A stretch of 59,647 bases of DNA, the filler included, from Basidioascus undulatus (Eukaryota): assembly GCA_000826855.1 (NCBI GenBank). It is 5 parts of 5 records of this genome, joined end to end, with 100 filler letters (N's around TTAATTAATTAA, not from the genome) between each part and the next. Parts side by side here need not be neighbours in the genome. Positions count along the whole stretch, not along the records: positions 11,971 to 23,835 come from JTLS01000973.1; positions 23,936 to 35,799 come from JTLS01000974.1; 3 more parts are not named here. One strand, given 5' to 3'. The position numbers were made by a program, and so were the translations under genes. How positions within the stretch are numbered: the first letter of the stretch is position 1; the number at the start of each line of letters is the position of its first letter. Of the stretch, positions 12,598 to 24,221 are shown piece by piece. The notes beneath the pieces are model-generated. The model saw nothing but the letters and a program-made list of their open reading frames with translations, was not told the DNA's origin and did not search any database.

Positions 12598-14444
12598 ATG
12601 GCGTCCGACAAGGCTGCGAAGCGCGCGCGGTTCGAGGCGGTTTTCCCGCGCATCGCGGACGAGTGCCTTGCGTACTTGGAGGAGAACAGCATGCCGAAGG
12701 AGGCGGTGGAGTGGTTCAAGAAGGTGAGCTTGCGGAGGACGCTGGGGGGTTGAAGATGCATGGCCGTAAACCACAGGGGACGAGATGGTCCGGTGGAGGT
12801 TGAGGAGAGGGGCAGCAGAGGGAGCTGGAGATGGAGCTCGCGAGATGGGGTTGGGTAAGCGGGATTGCTCTGTCTACCGCGGATGTCAGGACTCGGGGGA
12901 CTGCTGTACCTTTTGAGACTAGGCGACGTCCTACGTCGGTGCAGACACTGGAACCTGCTGCAGTGCAACACGACACCGTCCATCTCGCAGCCGCTCGCAG
13001 GTCATGCTGACGCTTCCCTTCTGCTTCTCTAGAACCTCTACTACAACACCCCCGGCGGCAAGCTCAACCGTGGTCTCTCGGTCGTCGACACCGTCGAGAT
13101 CGTCAAGGGCTCCGCCCTGACCGAGCAGGAGTACGAAAAGGCTGCGATCCTGGGGTGGTGCATTGAGCTCGTGCGTCCAACTCCCCTAACCTCTACAGCG
13201 ATCTCTGGCCCAGGACTGATATATACGCGCGGAAATTTGAGGGATACAGCTCCAGGCCTACTTCCTCGTCGCGGACGACATGATGGACCAGTCCGTCACC
13301 CGCCGTGGTCAGCCGTGCTGGTACAAAGTGGTGCGTTGTCTTCCTGTCTCGAGGGGTTTGGAGCAAGGCAAGGGTGACTCAAAGGGCGGGCGTGGGCTTG
13401 GAATGACCGAGCAGAAGGAGGTCGGCAACATCGCGATCAACGACTCGTTCATGCTCGAGGCGGCGATCTACCACCTCCTCAAGCTCCACTTCCGCCAAGA
13501 GAAGTACTACGTTGACCTGCTTGAGCTGTTCCACGAGGTGCTTTTGCGCGCTTCCCATCTGAACTCATACAATGGCAGTAACTGATAATAGGAAGTTGCT
13601 GGATGCAGGTCACGTTCCAGACTGAGCTCGGCCAGCTCATCGACCTCATCACCGCCGACGAGCACGTAGTGGACCTGTCCAAGTTCTCGCTTGAGAAGTG
13701 CGTCTGGTGTCGGCTTGCCTCGCAGTGTTGTGATTGACCTTTGTGATGCGTCCGATTCCGCAGGCACCGCCTCATCGTCGTTTACAAGACCGCCTACTAC
13801 TCCTTCTACCTCCCCGTCGCGCTCGCCATGCACATGGTGCATCCCGCTGTCCGCCTCCCTCAATCTCTCTCGCCCGTGCTTACTTGAAGCTTCGCACCAC
13901 ACAGGCCGGCATCACCGACCTCGCGTTGTACAAGGCCGCGCTGGACGTGCTCCTCCCGCTGGGCGAGTACTTCCAGGTGCAGGACGACTACCTGGACGCG
14001 TTCGGCGCGCCCGAGACGATCGGCAAGATCGGCACCGACATCCTTGACAACAAGTGCAGCTGGTGCATCTGCACGGCGCTCAACGTCGCCACGCCCGAGC
14101 AGCGCAAGCTCCTCGACGTGCGTCTTCCTTCTCCCTCTCTACCCTTTCTAACTTCTGCGCTCCCGTTCCTCTCTTGCGACATACTCCCATTCGGAACGCT
14201 GGCATGCTCATGATTTTTTTTGGTGGGTATGATATAGGACAACTACGGCCGCAAGGACGCAGCGGCCGAGGCGCGCGTGAAGGAGCTGTACAAGACGCTC
14301 GACATCGAGGGCAAGTTCAAGGCGTACGAGGCCGACGCGCACGCGCGCATCGTCAAGATCATCGACCAGGTCGACGAGAGCAAGGGCCTCAAGCGCGAGG
14401 TTTTCCACAGCTTCCTTGGCAAGGTCTTTGGCCGGACGAAGTAA
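12598..14444 (+). CDS. ERG20: Farnesyl diphosphate synthase, multi-exon
   Basis: Starts [12 protein letters not shown]. Motifs [69 protein letters not shown] and [16 protein letters not shown]...[14 protein letters not shown]. Ends KVFGRTK* (TAA 14442-14444). Confidence 0.97.
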
Positions 14445-14815
14445 ACGCCCGATGGCCTGAGGGAAGGATGTGAGATACGGCTTGAAGGGGTTGATGGGGC
14501 TTGGATGGGACGGATGGGACGGACGGATGAAGGACTCTGAGTGACGGGGGGGTCGCGATAGAGACAATGCAGATCATGATACCTTTCAAATGCAAGCAGA
14601 AGAAATTGCCATCTGGAGTCTGCCTTCACGATCTAAAAAATCTCGTAAATGACATAGATCATGATAGTTTCCTGTTTTGATACAATGTGCACACTATACA
14701 ACTGGTCATAGAGTATCAGTGTTCAAGTGCGAAGCAGTAAAATTCGATGAAACAGGCCGGCGCCAAAAACCGAGAGCCGGCCGGTCCTCGCTCTTCCTCT
14801 CTTCCTCCAACCATC

Positions 14816-16070
14816 ATGTCGTCCGCTGGCCGCTCCTCTGACCAAACTTTCTGGCCTCGCGTCGCTGATCATGCTTCGTCTTCCTTCGCTGTTCAATCTT
14901 CGAGACTGCCACCCGAGATTCTGCGGGCTATCGCCGAATTTTCGAACCCGCGGACCGTTTCGCGCGATGTCGACACTGGACAGGTCGACTCGCGCTGCTG
15001 TTCTCCCCCTACTATTCCACAATGTGGGCCTTCGGTTCCGCCTCTCCGTGATGTAAGCCCCATCTGAAGAAGAGGTGGCTGCATCGTGAGTTGAAGAAGG
15101 CAAGGTTGCTACGCAAAACGCGGGCGCCCGGCTATGGCGTTCGGTGAGTGTGCGGTGCCCATTAGTCGCGGAGCCATCAAGCCTGAATGTGTCCATGTAC
15201 AGGCGTCTCAGGATGTCACTGGCGATTATCATATATACAACAAATACGTCAAAGCGGTCTATTCTCGCCTCGCAGAACATGCTCCGAACGTCGAGGAGTT
15301 CATGCTCTACACCAAGGATCACATTCTCTGTTCGATCGAAGCCCAGCTCACTCCCGGCCTTCCGGCTCTGTCGCACATCCGCTTCCTCGACTTGTTCTCC
15401 CCAAGCATTCTGACACAAACGTCCACCTTCCGTCTCAGTTCGCCAGCTGCCTCCAGTTCGCCCCTCCGCCGTGCGGCCTGCATGCCGCGGATGAGCTGGT
15501 GCGCGGCGCGGGTCCATGTGGTTCTGTTCAATCACCTTTGAGCGTGAGCGACATGAAACGCAGCTGTGCCTCAAGGGATGTGGCGCACATGACAGGAGGC
15601 GAAAGACGAGCTACATCTTACTTCGGCTTGAGCTGCCCGATGTGCTCGACAATCTCAGCTGCCGAATTGGCGTTGATTTCGGCCTGGGGCTCATTGAGGA
15701 GGAGCGGACACCTGTCGCCAGTGGATAGCTATCAGTCATCTCGCCGTCCCAACAGCACGAAAACCCACAATGCGATATAGAACCTCGCAACGATCTTTCC
15801 CTCGTCGTCAAACGGCATGACCGCTGCCCTCAAGAGTCTCGTAAAGCCAGTCCGGCAAGCTGGCGCGGAACGTTCGGATGGTGTCGTCCAGCTCTGTAAA
15901 CACCTTGCTCACCCGGATCAAGATCGGGCTGAACTCAAGACGGTCGTTGAGGCGGACTGCGCGGCACCCGACAGTGGCAGCTTTGACGAAGAGGCCGTTT
16001 CCGCCTGCAAATCGGGGATGCCGGAGTAAGATGTTGGGGTCTTGCAGCGTCTGCGGGTGGGTCCATGGTC
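14816..16070 (+). pseudogene. F-box-like protein relic; end approximate
   Basis: RLPPEILRAIAEFS is followed, in another frame, by RAMSTLDRSTRAAVLPLLFHNVGLRF (a typical fungal F-box continuation). Downstream sequence is broken into several short frames. Confidence 0.5.
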
Positions 16071-17920
16071 TGATGAGAGGAATGTGAGCAGTTGATGCGG
16101 CATGGGAGTGTGGCGGAAGCGTGGGACGGGCCACAGGGATGCTCATTGCGGCTGCTACGTCCGAGTCGGCAACGCCGCATGGGGGCCAGAAGGCGATGAC
16201 GCTCTAGGTACAACTGAGCAACATATCGATGTGAACATGAGCGGGGGTCATAATTCTGTAAGACCGTGCTTCACGCACTCGATAGTATAGATGCCCCACC
16301 AGAGGCGTAACGCTAGAGTATCAAATAAGCGTCGAGGTCAAGGCGCTTTTGAATATGAGAAAGACATACCGACGACCTGCTCTTCAGGCGTCTGCGGGAC
16401 GCATCGCAGCATCACTCGGGCGCCAGGCAGCCCGAACAATTGAGACGAGATGCGCGGAGTGTCGAGCTCGGCAGGGCTGAGACAGTGGAAGCCTGAGGCG
16501 ATCGCGAGCTTGAGCCCATTACGAGGAAGTCAGAAAGGTGGAAAGACAAAGTGAGCGCAGGTCACGGAAACAGCACACCTACGCCGACCACTGCTGCTCC
16601 GGATGAAACATCCCAGCAGCCCCAGAAGTAATACTGTCACAATGGCTTGTAAGCTGCAGGTTGGGAGAGGTGCACACCATCGGCACGCACTAAGAGAAGA
16701 AAGTATGCCGAAAGGATGCTGAGCAGGTGCTGTCGAGGTGTGCCTGTGTTCAACCCGTGCATTCAAGACAACAACACGGGGTGCATCAACGAACTGATCC
16801 TGATCACACACCTGAATCGCATAGTCTTCCGCTCTCTTGAGGAATCCCTCCTCAAGCTGCAGGAGCTCGGGGTAACTGCTCAGGTGTGAAGAGAGCGTGT
16901 AGGGCGCGAAGAAGAAGCACAGGTGGGGGCGTGAGGGGAGGTCGGGTGGGGCACCAAGATACGCGAAGAAGAGGCGCCGGATGAAGAAGCGTGATCCGAA
17001 GAAACGGGAAAAGAAGACGTCGATGCTGTGGGGCAGGGCAAACGTCAACGTGCTCAGGCGGGAGTAGCAGGATTGCATATGAAGGCTCACAGCTTGACGG
17101 CCAAATCCCGAGGCACTTCATCGCCGGCACCCAGGTCGAAGCATCCCGGGTACTTCTCCTGGTAGGCCACTCAATGCATCTTTCACTCGGTATAACAATC
17201 TCGCCTCTTCTCATTTTATGTATAAGCTAGTTTCCATCTGTCCTGTACACAGAACAGGTGTAGACTTGAAGAAGAGTTCAGTTTTTTCGTCCGCCGCCCA
17301 TGCAGTACAACACGGGATCCCTTTACAACTACGGAACATGTGCATCGGCGACACATGGTTCTCAGGCAAATTTCCGCAATACTTTCTATCTTTCTCAATC
17401 TGTAATTAATCATTTCATCCTCAGAAGCCTGGCACTGGCGGAGACCGGCCAACGGCCTCACAACGTTATTCAGGTGAGTAGTTTATTCAGTCCATCTCAC
17501 TTATGATAATTAAATTGCAGGTCCGAGAAAAAGGAATATAGTCAGGCAAGAAGCCCTGGAGACGAACGAGGGTGAGCTCCTCTTGCCTTCAGTCTACCGA
17601 AAAGCCGGCTGATACAGTCCCTTTGCAGTCTGAACCCGTACATCGTGCGTTTCCGTACGACCCTGCATTTGTCGGACGGACTGTGACCGACCGGTAGGTA
17701 ACAGACGTATTGGCGGCGGACTCTTTCGCGAGATTCTACTATCCTCCAAAGCGTGTTCGGCACCCCAGTTTACAACGCAGTTGGAAAAACACTTGTAACA
17801 ACTTGTAAAACCACTTGGAAAAGTTGTGGAACTGACGGGCTGGATTAATTACAAGTTTCTCGCTAGAGTACCGCCAGTTACTGTGTGACTTTGTAACAAC
17901 TCTCCTCAGTCAGAGCCCCG

Positions 17921-18154
17921 CGCGGTGGAGAACCTCTCCATCAGATGGAGACAGTCTCTGCCAGAAGGTGGAACTCTCCGTAGCATGGACACCTCTTCCA
18001 CGGGACCGAGAACCCCTATCCGCCCTGTTGAGACACTCTCCGCGCGGTGGAGAACCTCTCCGTCGGGTGGAGACAGCCTCCGCCAAATCCCAAATCTCTC
18101 CATAGCATGGTGAATTCCTCCCCAGGATAGAGTACCCTCTCTCCGCCTGTGGAG
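17921..18154. repeat. Imperfect ~122-bp tandem duplication built from ~20-bp TGGAGA..CTCTCC subunits
   Basis: CGCGGTGGAGAACCTCTCC starts at 17921 and again at 18043. Both copies continue collinearly with ..TGGAGACAG.., ..CTCTCC(G/A)TAGCATGG.. and ..CCGCC(C)TGT(T/G)GAG. Confidence 0.8.
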
Positions 18155-19408
18155 CGTCAGGCTCAGTCTAGTTCCGATGGTTACTATGTGGAGCAGGCTA
18201 TTAATGAGGAAGTGAGTGTGTGCAGGCTTGACTACTTCAAGTTGAAGGACGCTCACAGCATTTTTTGGGGCAGGGAGTGAGGGTTGAGTGCTCTGGGACC
18301 GCAACAGAAGGTACTATGCGCTTGTGCGCGACGTCACGGCGGAGTTACAGACGGGGAAGAAGGGGAAGGGGAATCGACACAAGAGCACTACTGTGTGCGT
18401 GGAGAACAGTGTGAACAAGCACCTCCGAAAAAGAGCGTGTCCGGCGATGCTGCTCTTTAGGTGAGCTCCCAACCTGGTAAGAGCACAACCTGTGGAAGTG
18501 AGCGAAGGTTCTGTGCTTTAAGACAGCGAAAGGAAGACGGCCCAGTGGGCGGTCGCACTAGTACTAAGGGAAAGTTCCGAAGGGTGTGGGAACTGTGGTG
18601 TCGAGAGACGCCAACAAACTGGGACGAAAAATGAAAAGAAGGAAACAAAAGGCGGAATGGTCCAGATCTGGAAGCACGCGTGACTAAGAAGAGCGGAAGT
18701 TCTCACAGACAGCGTGAACGGCGAACGAGGAAGAGGATTGAGGAAGTTTCGCGTGCTCCTAAAGGACGCTCGCGACGTTGTGGTGGGTCCTGGGGAATGG
18801 GGTAAAGGCTATTTGATCAAAAGCAGCACGATTAAGGTGTGGCAGTGCGCGGTGGCACGGACGGGAGAAGAAAGGGGAACGATGGGTGCGTTGGGTGCAA
18901 AGCGCGGGGGCATCGTGAATGACGAAGCGAGGCCATCTTGCGTTTTGTTGAGGGCCTTGTGGTGATGCCTGGAAGAAGGAGTGAGGGTTATTCTCAGAGG
19001 CAGCACGAGGAAGGAGTGGCAGTGCTCGGTGGCACCATCAAGGAAAACCAAGATAGGACGGGTGAGAATGGTGGTGCCTAGAACACCACCCTAAACGGAC
19101 AATACGAACGACGCAAAGGTTAAAGTGCACATAGGCACTGGGGAAGGAAAAGGACGAAGTGAGGCCGCACCCGCAATTAACGAAGGATGTGCAGAGGCAC
19201 CACGGAAGAAACGAAGAAACAGGACAAATGTGCGCGGAGGCCACCGCCGCGAGACAAAGGGACGGACAGCGGTGCGCAGAGGCACACGGTGTAGACCGAG
19301 GAGTTTTGAGTGGAGAGAGAACTCATCCTCTCAGAACACCCAAGCACACTAAAACAGCGAAAAACTTGCTCGTGCCCACAAGCGAATTCCGCTTCAGATG
19401 GACATCCC

Positions 19409-20100
19409 TCATTCCTCCCCGACTTCCTCAACCACCACCCAACTCGCCCACCGTCCCGCCCAAATCCCCACAACCCTCTCCCCCATCCCCAAGCCAAGGT
19501 TCAGCTCCGCCCACTCGCCCGCGGACAGGTCCATCCCTTGCACGCGTTCGGAGGGGGGGAGGGAGAGCTGGTTGAATTGATCTGTGCCGGCCGTTTGCCG
19601 ATTGCTCGTGTCAGAAAGGGATGGTGGGAAGGAGGAGAGGGAGGAGAACGGGAGGAAGGGGAGGGAAGGGAAGGAAAGAACAAGGGAAGAAAGGAAGAAG
19701 GGAAGGAGGGGAGAATGGGAGAAGGTGGAAGGGGAGAGGGGAAGGGAACAACGCACGGGACCCGCTCCCGAACACTTTCCCCGACGCAGTGAGGAGCAAC
19801 ACGTGCTCTGCTCCACAGCTCACCTCCACCACTTCCTCTTCCTCCTCCTCCCCATCCACAAAGGGGAGTTCGATACGCTCCACCCCCTCACCCGCCCCCC
19901 AGACAAAGCAGTCCCCCCCTTCGCTCACTGCGGCGGAACGGTGCCCGGCTGCTGAGAGGCGCGTTACCTTGAGGGCTTGTAGCGCTGGGACGGGGGCTGG
20001 CTCTGAGGCGGGGGATGGTCCGGAAGTGGAGGAGGATGGAGAGGAGGAAGAGAGGCCGAGCTGGAGGTACCGGTTATCCCCGAATGAGAGGGGCGCGTGG
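19409..20100 (-). CDS. RCC1/BLIP-II repeat protein, C-terminal fragment (two exons); own 5' end not visible
   Basis: Motifs FGDNRYLQLG, LSAAGHRSAAVSEGGDCFVWG, VVEVSCGAEHVLLLTASGKVFGSG, QFNQL and IWAGRWASWVVVEE. Stop at 19409. Confidence 0.75.
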
Positions 20101-20273
20101 GCGGGGGAGGGAGGAGGGGGGAAAGGATGCGGTAGGAGGGGGAGAAGGGAGGTGGACGGAAATGGGGAAAGAGAAGGTACGGAAAGGAGAGAGATGAGGG
20201 AGGGGAAGACGGGAAGGGAAAGAAAGTGGGGATGGCTGGGGTTGGAGGGAAGAGGAAGAGAATGACGACGCAC

Positions 20274-20994
20274 CAGCGGGCGCCTCGCCCGGCTCGAGCT
20301 TGAACAGGTCCTTGCCGACCTCGACGGTGTCCTCCTCGTTCGCGAAGAGCTCGGTGATGGTCCCGCTACGGGGGGCGTTCACGGCGACGTCGATCTGCCG
20401 CGAGCGTAGAGAGCGTCAGCTTCGGCTTCTCCCGCCTTCCCTTCGGAGAAGAAAGAAGAGGGGAACGGGGGTGGATGGGGAGAGAGAGGGAGAAGGAAAG
20501 GTGGGGACAGGGACAGACCTTGTCGGTCTCAATTGTCGCGACCTCCTCGTCCTGCTTCACAAAGTCGCCCGCCTTCTTGTGCCACTGCTTGAGCGTGCCC
20601 TCCGTGATGGACTCGGCCATCTGCGGGACCTTGACGATCTCTGTCCACCCCCACCCAAAACACACCCCACACACCGCACACCACCGTCAGTACCCTCCGC
20701 GTCTCGGGAAGCCAGGGAGGGCATGGAAGACGCACCGCGCCGGGAGGGGGTGGAGTGGAGGTAGGCGCTGCTCGTCGTCGGGCGCGGGAGGGGAGGGGGG
20801 AAGGATCAGTCCATCTGTGGGAGAAGGGCGGGAGGCAAAGCTCACGCAAACGCCGGCACGCCCTTAGGCAGCGCACCCCGCGCAGCGACCGCGGCCACCC
20901 GACCGACGGCGGGCCTGGTAGCGGCGGTGGAGAGGGAGCGTCCGGCGACGGGGGCGACGCGTTTTGAGGTCAGGCGGGAGGCAGAGCGCAGCAT
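20274..20994 (-). CDS. KGD2: 2-oxoglutarate dehydrogenase E2 (dihydrolipoamide succinyltransferase), presequence and lipoyl domain only; catalytic domain absent
   Basis: Mitochondrial-type presequence [16 protein letters not shown]. Lipoyl domain [79 protein letters not shown]. Confidence 0.88.
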
Positions 20995-21645
20995 GCTGGG
21001 TAGTGTGAAAGCGGAAAGGACAAAAGGGAGAGAAAGGGAGGGAGGGTATGCGAGGATGGGGGTGATGGGATGGATTGGAGCCGTGCAGAGCGCGCAGAGT
21101 CGGCGCAAGACGGCGGGCGGACAAACACACGGCCGGACATGACCCCCGCCGCGTTGCGTTGCGGACAGTCACCGTCTCGTCCACTGCATTACACAACATT
21201 CTTGCAATTCAAACTACATAAAAGCAGTTCATACCCACTGCAGTCGAGTCGAGTGAAACTTTCCAGCAACGACAGCGCCAATGAGGACAGCACAGAAATG
21301 ACGCAGAATGGGGCAGATTGAAGGAGAATGGGGCGAGATCAGGTGTCAAATCAAAGTGACGTCTTTCAGACCCTCGGCTCGGCTGTCACGTCCGCCCATC
21401 CCGCTGCCGCTGTGTGGCCACCCGACGCGACTGGGTGGGTGTGGCTGTCCCCTGTGCCCCTCCATCCGCCTATCGTCCAACCCATCTCCCAGTCGCTAAC
21501 CCAACCATATCTCAACATTAGCATTAAGTCACACGCGTGCTTCATATCTCGACGTTCCCCGAATCACCTCCTCTCCCATCGGCGAGAGGACTCCGAACCG
21601 AGAGATCGCCGCGTCCATCTCCCCATCCGCCCCTGCCCACGTCCT

Positions 21646-23835
21646 ATGCGCCCATATGGACCCCTCGACCTCCCATCTCTCCCCGCTTCCCCGCCCCCAT
21701 CGCCCTCCCCATCCCCAAACACCCTGCGACAGATCTCCCCAACCTACCACCCGTGCGTCCCTCTCCTCCACACCGACACCGATCTCTTATCTCACTGACA
21801 CTCTGACGCGTGGCAGTGAGCCGACGGCGTATGACTCGCTCGCCTCGACGCTGCACCACCTCTCCGCGTGCGTCCCCCGCGGGCTGCGGACACTATCTAC
21901 CGCCGCTGGGGCGAATGGGCTCAATGGCCATGGAGATGCGGGGGAGGACAGCGTGAAGCCTCCCGCTCCCACTGCGGCGCTCCCCCCGCCCGAGGACGAG
22001 CCCGAGCGGATCCTCTTCGGGCGATGGGACACTATCTCAACTCGGTACCTATCCCCACCATCCATCTCATCCCCCACCCACTAACCTACACCCTCCCCCC
22101 CACAAAGCCAAGTCCTCCTCGTCGCGCACGCCCCGGGCGGGCTGTCCCTCTACGCCCTCTCCCCCGGCAGCAGCACATCTCTCACCGAGCTGTACTCGAC
22201 CCGCGCCCTCCCACCCCTGCTCGACGCGGCCATCCTCCCCGATCCATACACTGGAGAGTCCGATCCGTGGAAGGACTCCCGCCCTGCAGTTGTGGCCGTG
22301 TGAGTTGGTCTACTGGGTTTACGGGAGCGGAAGGAGATAAGACGAGGGCGGAGGCTGATGACGTTTGCGGGATGCTCCTCTCTCCCTTTCGCTTTTCTTT
22401 TCTTTTTTGTTTTTGGTGTCGCAGGACCAAAGACGCCCCCGACGAAGTCCTCCTCTACTCCCTCCGCAAGAGGCAGGTCGTCCACCGGACGCGGCTCCCC
22501 CTCTCCCTGGGGGGAGCAGTGCACTCCCTGCAAATCTCCCCGCGCTTCCTCGTGCTCGTGCGTTCCTCCGTCCTTCCCTCCACCCCTCCCTCACCCCCTT
22601 CCCCTGTCTACAGTCCACCCTCTCCCCGCCGACCATACACGTCCTCTCCCCGCTCACCCTCTCCCCCACCCACGCACCCATCCCCGCCGCCCACCCACCA
22701 ACCTTCTCCCTATCCGACCGCACCCTCGCCTTCAGCACGCCCACGCCCCCGCGCACGCGGGCTTCCGGGGTCGTCGCTGCGCGTGGCGCAGGAGGGGGAC
22801 ACTACTTGTCGGACCGCCCGACCAGCTCGGGCGCGGAGATCGCGAGCCAGGTTGCACGGCACGTGCAGGAGGGCGTGGGTGCAGGGGCGCGCGCGCTCGG
22901 GCGCATGCGTGCTCAATACTCCGCTGGCTCCTCCGGCGGCGGGGAGAGCCCACCCACGAGCAGGAAGCTCAGCCGTTCCGCGCCGCACGCGGGCGCTGCG
23001 TTCCCCGCCTCCCGCTTCGGGTTCGGGCGCTCCCCACCCTCCGACGACTTCTCGCACTTCCCCCCTTCTCCGCCCTCCCCTTCTTCCTCATACGTCCTAG
23101 TCCTTGACCTCGCCTCCCCCCTCTCCCCCGCGCGCCCCAGGACCCTAGCGCACTTCCGCGCCTCCCCGCAGCAGCCCATCGCGCTCCTCTCCCTCAGCCC
23201 TACCGCGCAGAATCTCCTTGTCGCCGATAGCGCGGCGCGGACATTCCACGTGTACGAGCTCCGCCCCGCCCCGCTGGCTGCTGCCCAGGACGAGGGCGGC
23301 GACGTTCCGCCGCCGGTGTGGCATCGTTATGCGCTGAGCAGGGGCGTCACGAGTGCCGGTGCGGAGGGGGCGTGCTGGGATGAGGGGGGGAGGTGGGTTG
23401 CGCTGGGGACTGATCGGGGGACTGTCCGTGAGTTGCTTAGTTTGGAGGGGTGAAGAGGGGAAGGGGGGGAGGATGGTGTGCTGATGTGGTGGGGGGGGCC
23501 AGATCTGTTCGCTGTTAATCCCGAGGGAGGGGAGCCGACGGAGGCGCATGTTACGGGCGGGATATGGAATGCATTCGAGCCTGTGCGTGCCTTTCCTCCC
23601 CATCCCCATCCCTGCTCTGTCTCCTTCTCCCTACTCCCTCCTTCTCCCTACTCCCTCCTTCTCCGTACTCCCTCCTTCTCCGTACTCCCTCCTTCTCCCT
23701 ACTCCCTCCTTCTCCCTACTCCCTTTCCTTCCATGTCTTTTACGCTTGGCTACGATAACTGACTTTGGGCCCACCTGTTCTGAGAGTACAGCGTGTCGGA
23801 CTCGTGCAGGGCTGGAGTAGGATTTCCATCAGCAT
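21646..23835 (+). CDS. BCAS3/ATG18-related WD40 beta-propeller protein, multi-exon, 3' truncated; start uncertain
   Basis: Motifs VLLYSLRKRQVVHR, LQISPRFLVL, FSLSDRTLAF, LAHFRAS..IALLSLSPTAQNLLVAD..FHVYEL and WHRYALSRGVTSA..WDEGGRWVALGTDRGTV/LFAVNPEGG match the BCAS3-type propeller end. Confidence 0.75.
23621..23722 (+). repeat. Intronic 17-bp minisatellite, 6 copies of CTCCTTCTCC(C/G)TACTCC
   Basis: Six head-to-tail copies read directly; copies 3 and 4 carry G at position 11. Confidence 0.92.
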
Positions 23836-23935
23836 NNNNNNNNNNNNNNNNNNNNNNNNNNNNNNNNNNNNNNNNNNNNTTAATTAATTAANNNNNNNNN
23901 NNNNNNNNNNNNNNNNNNNNNNNNNNNNNNNNNNN
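23836..23935. other. Artificial contig linker
   Basis: N44-TTAATTAATTAA-N44. Confidence 0.98.
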
Positions 23936-24221
23936 AACGAGGGAGAGAGAGCAAGGAGAGAAGCCGTGGTCGACGAAGGGACAGGATCTGGGAATGTCAT
24001 TTTCATCCTTTGTTTTTTGGTCTTTTTTGCACCTTCCAACGTCCGACTTTCAGATCTACCGCGTACCAATGGCGGTTCAATCAACTCAAAAACGAACTGC
24101 GACAGTGTAACCCACACAATATCCAAGTATCCCAAGACGCCTCCAAGCCCCCTCTTCCCTCCCTTCCCCCGTACGAACATGCGAATCCTCTTCTCCCCAC
24201 CCTCTAGGTATCGCTCCCCCC

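Noticed and set aside
16200..19300. Transposase or other gene in the gene-poor stretch (also 2500-3400, 36300-37500 and 38200-39200)
   Set aside because: Only short broken protein-like fragments are present. I could not recognise a DDE, RT, integrase or other motif, so nothing was called without a search.
12598..21000. Terpene biosynthetic cluster around the prenyltransferase
   Set aside because: The enzyme is a standard ERG20 with aromatic residues before the FARM motif, and there is no cyclase, P450 or tailoring gene on the contig.
17921..23722. CRISPR-like arrays (the 122-bp dimer and the 17-bp repeat)
   Set aside because: There are no identical repeats separated by unique spacers and no cas genes, and the context is eukaryotic.
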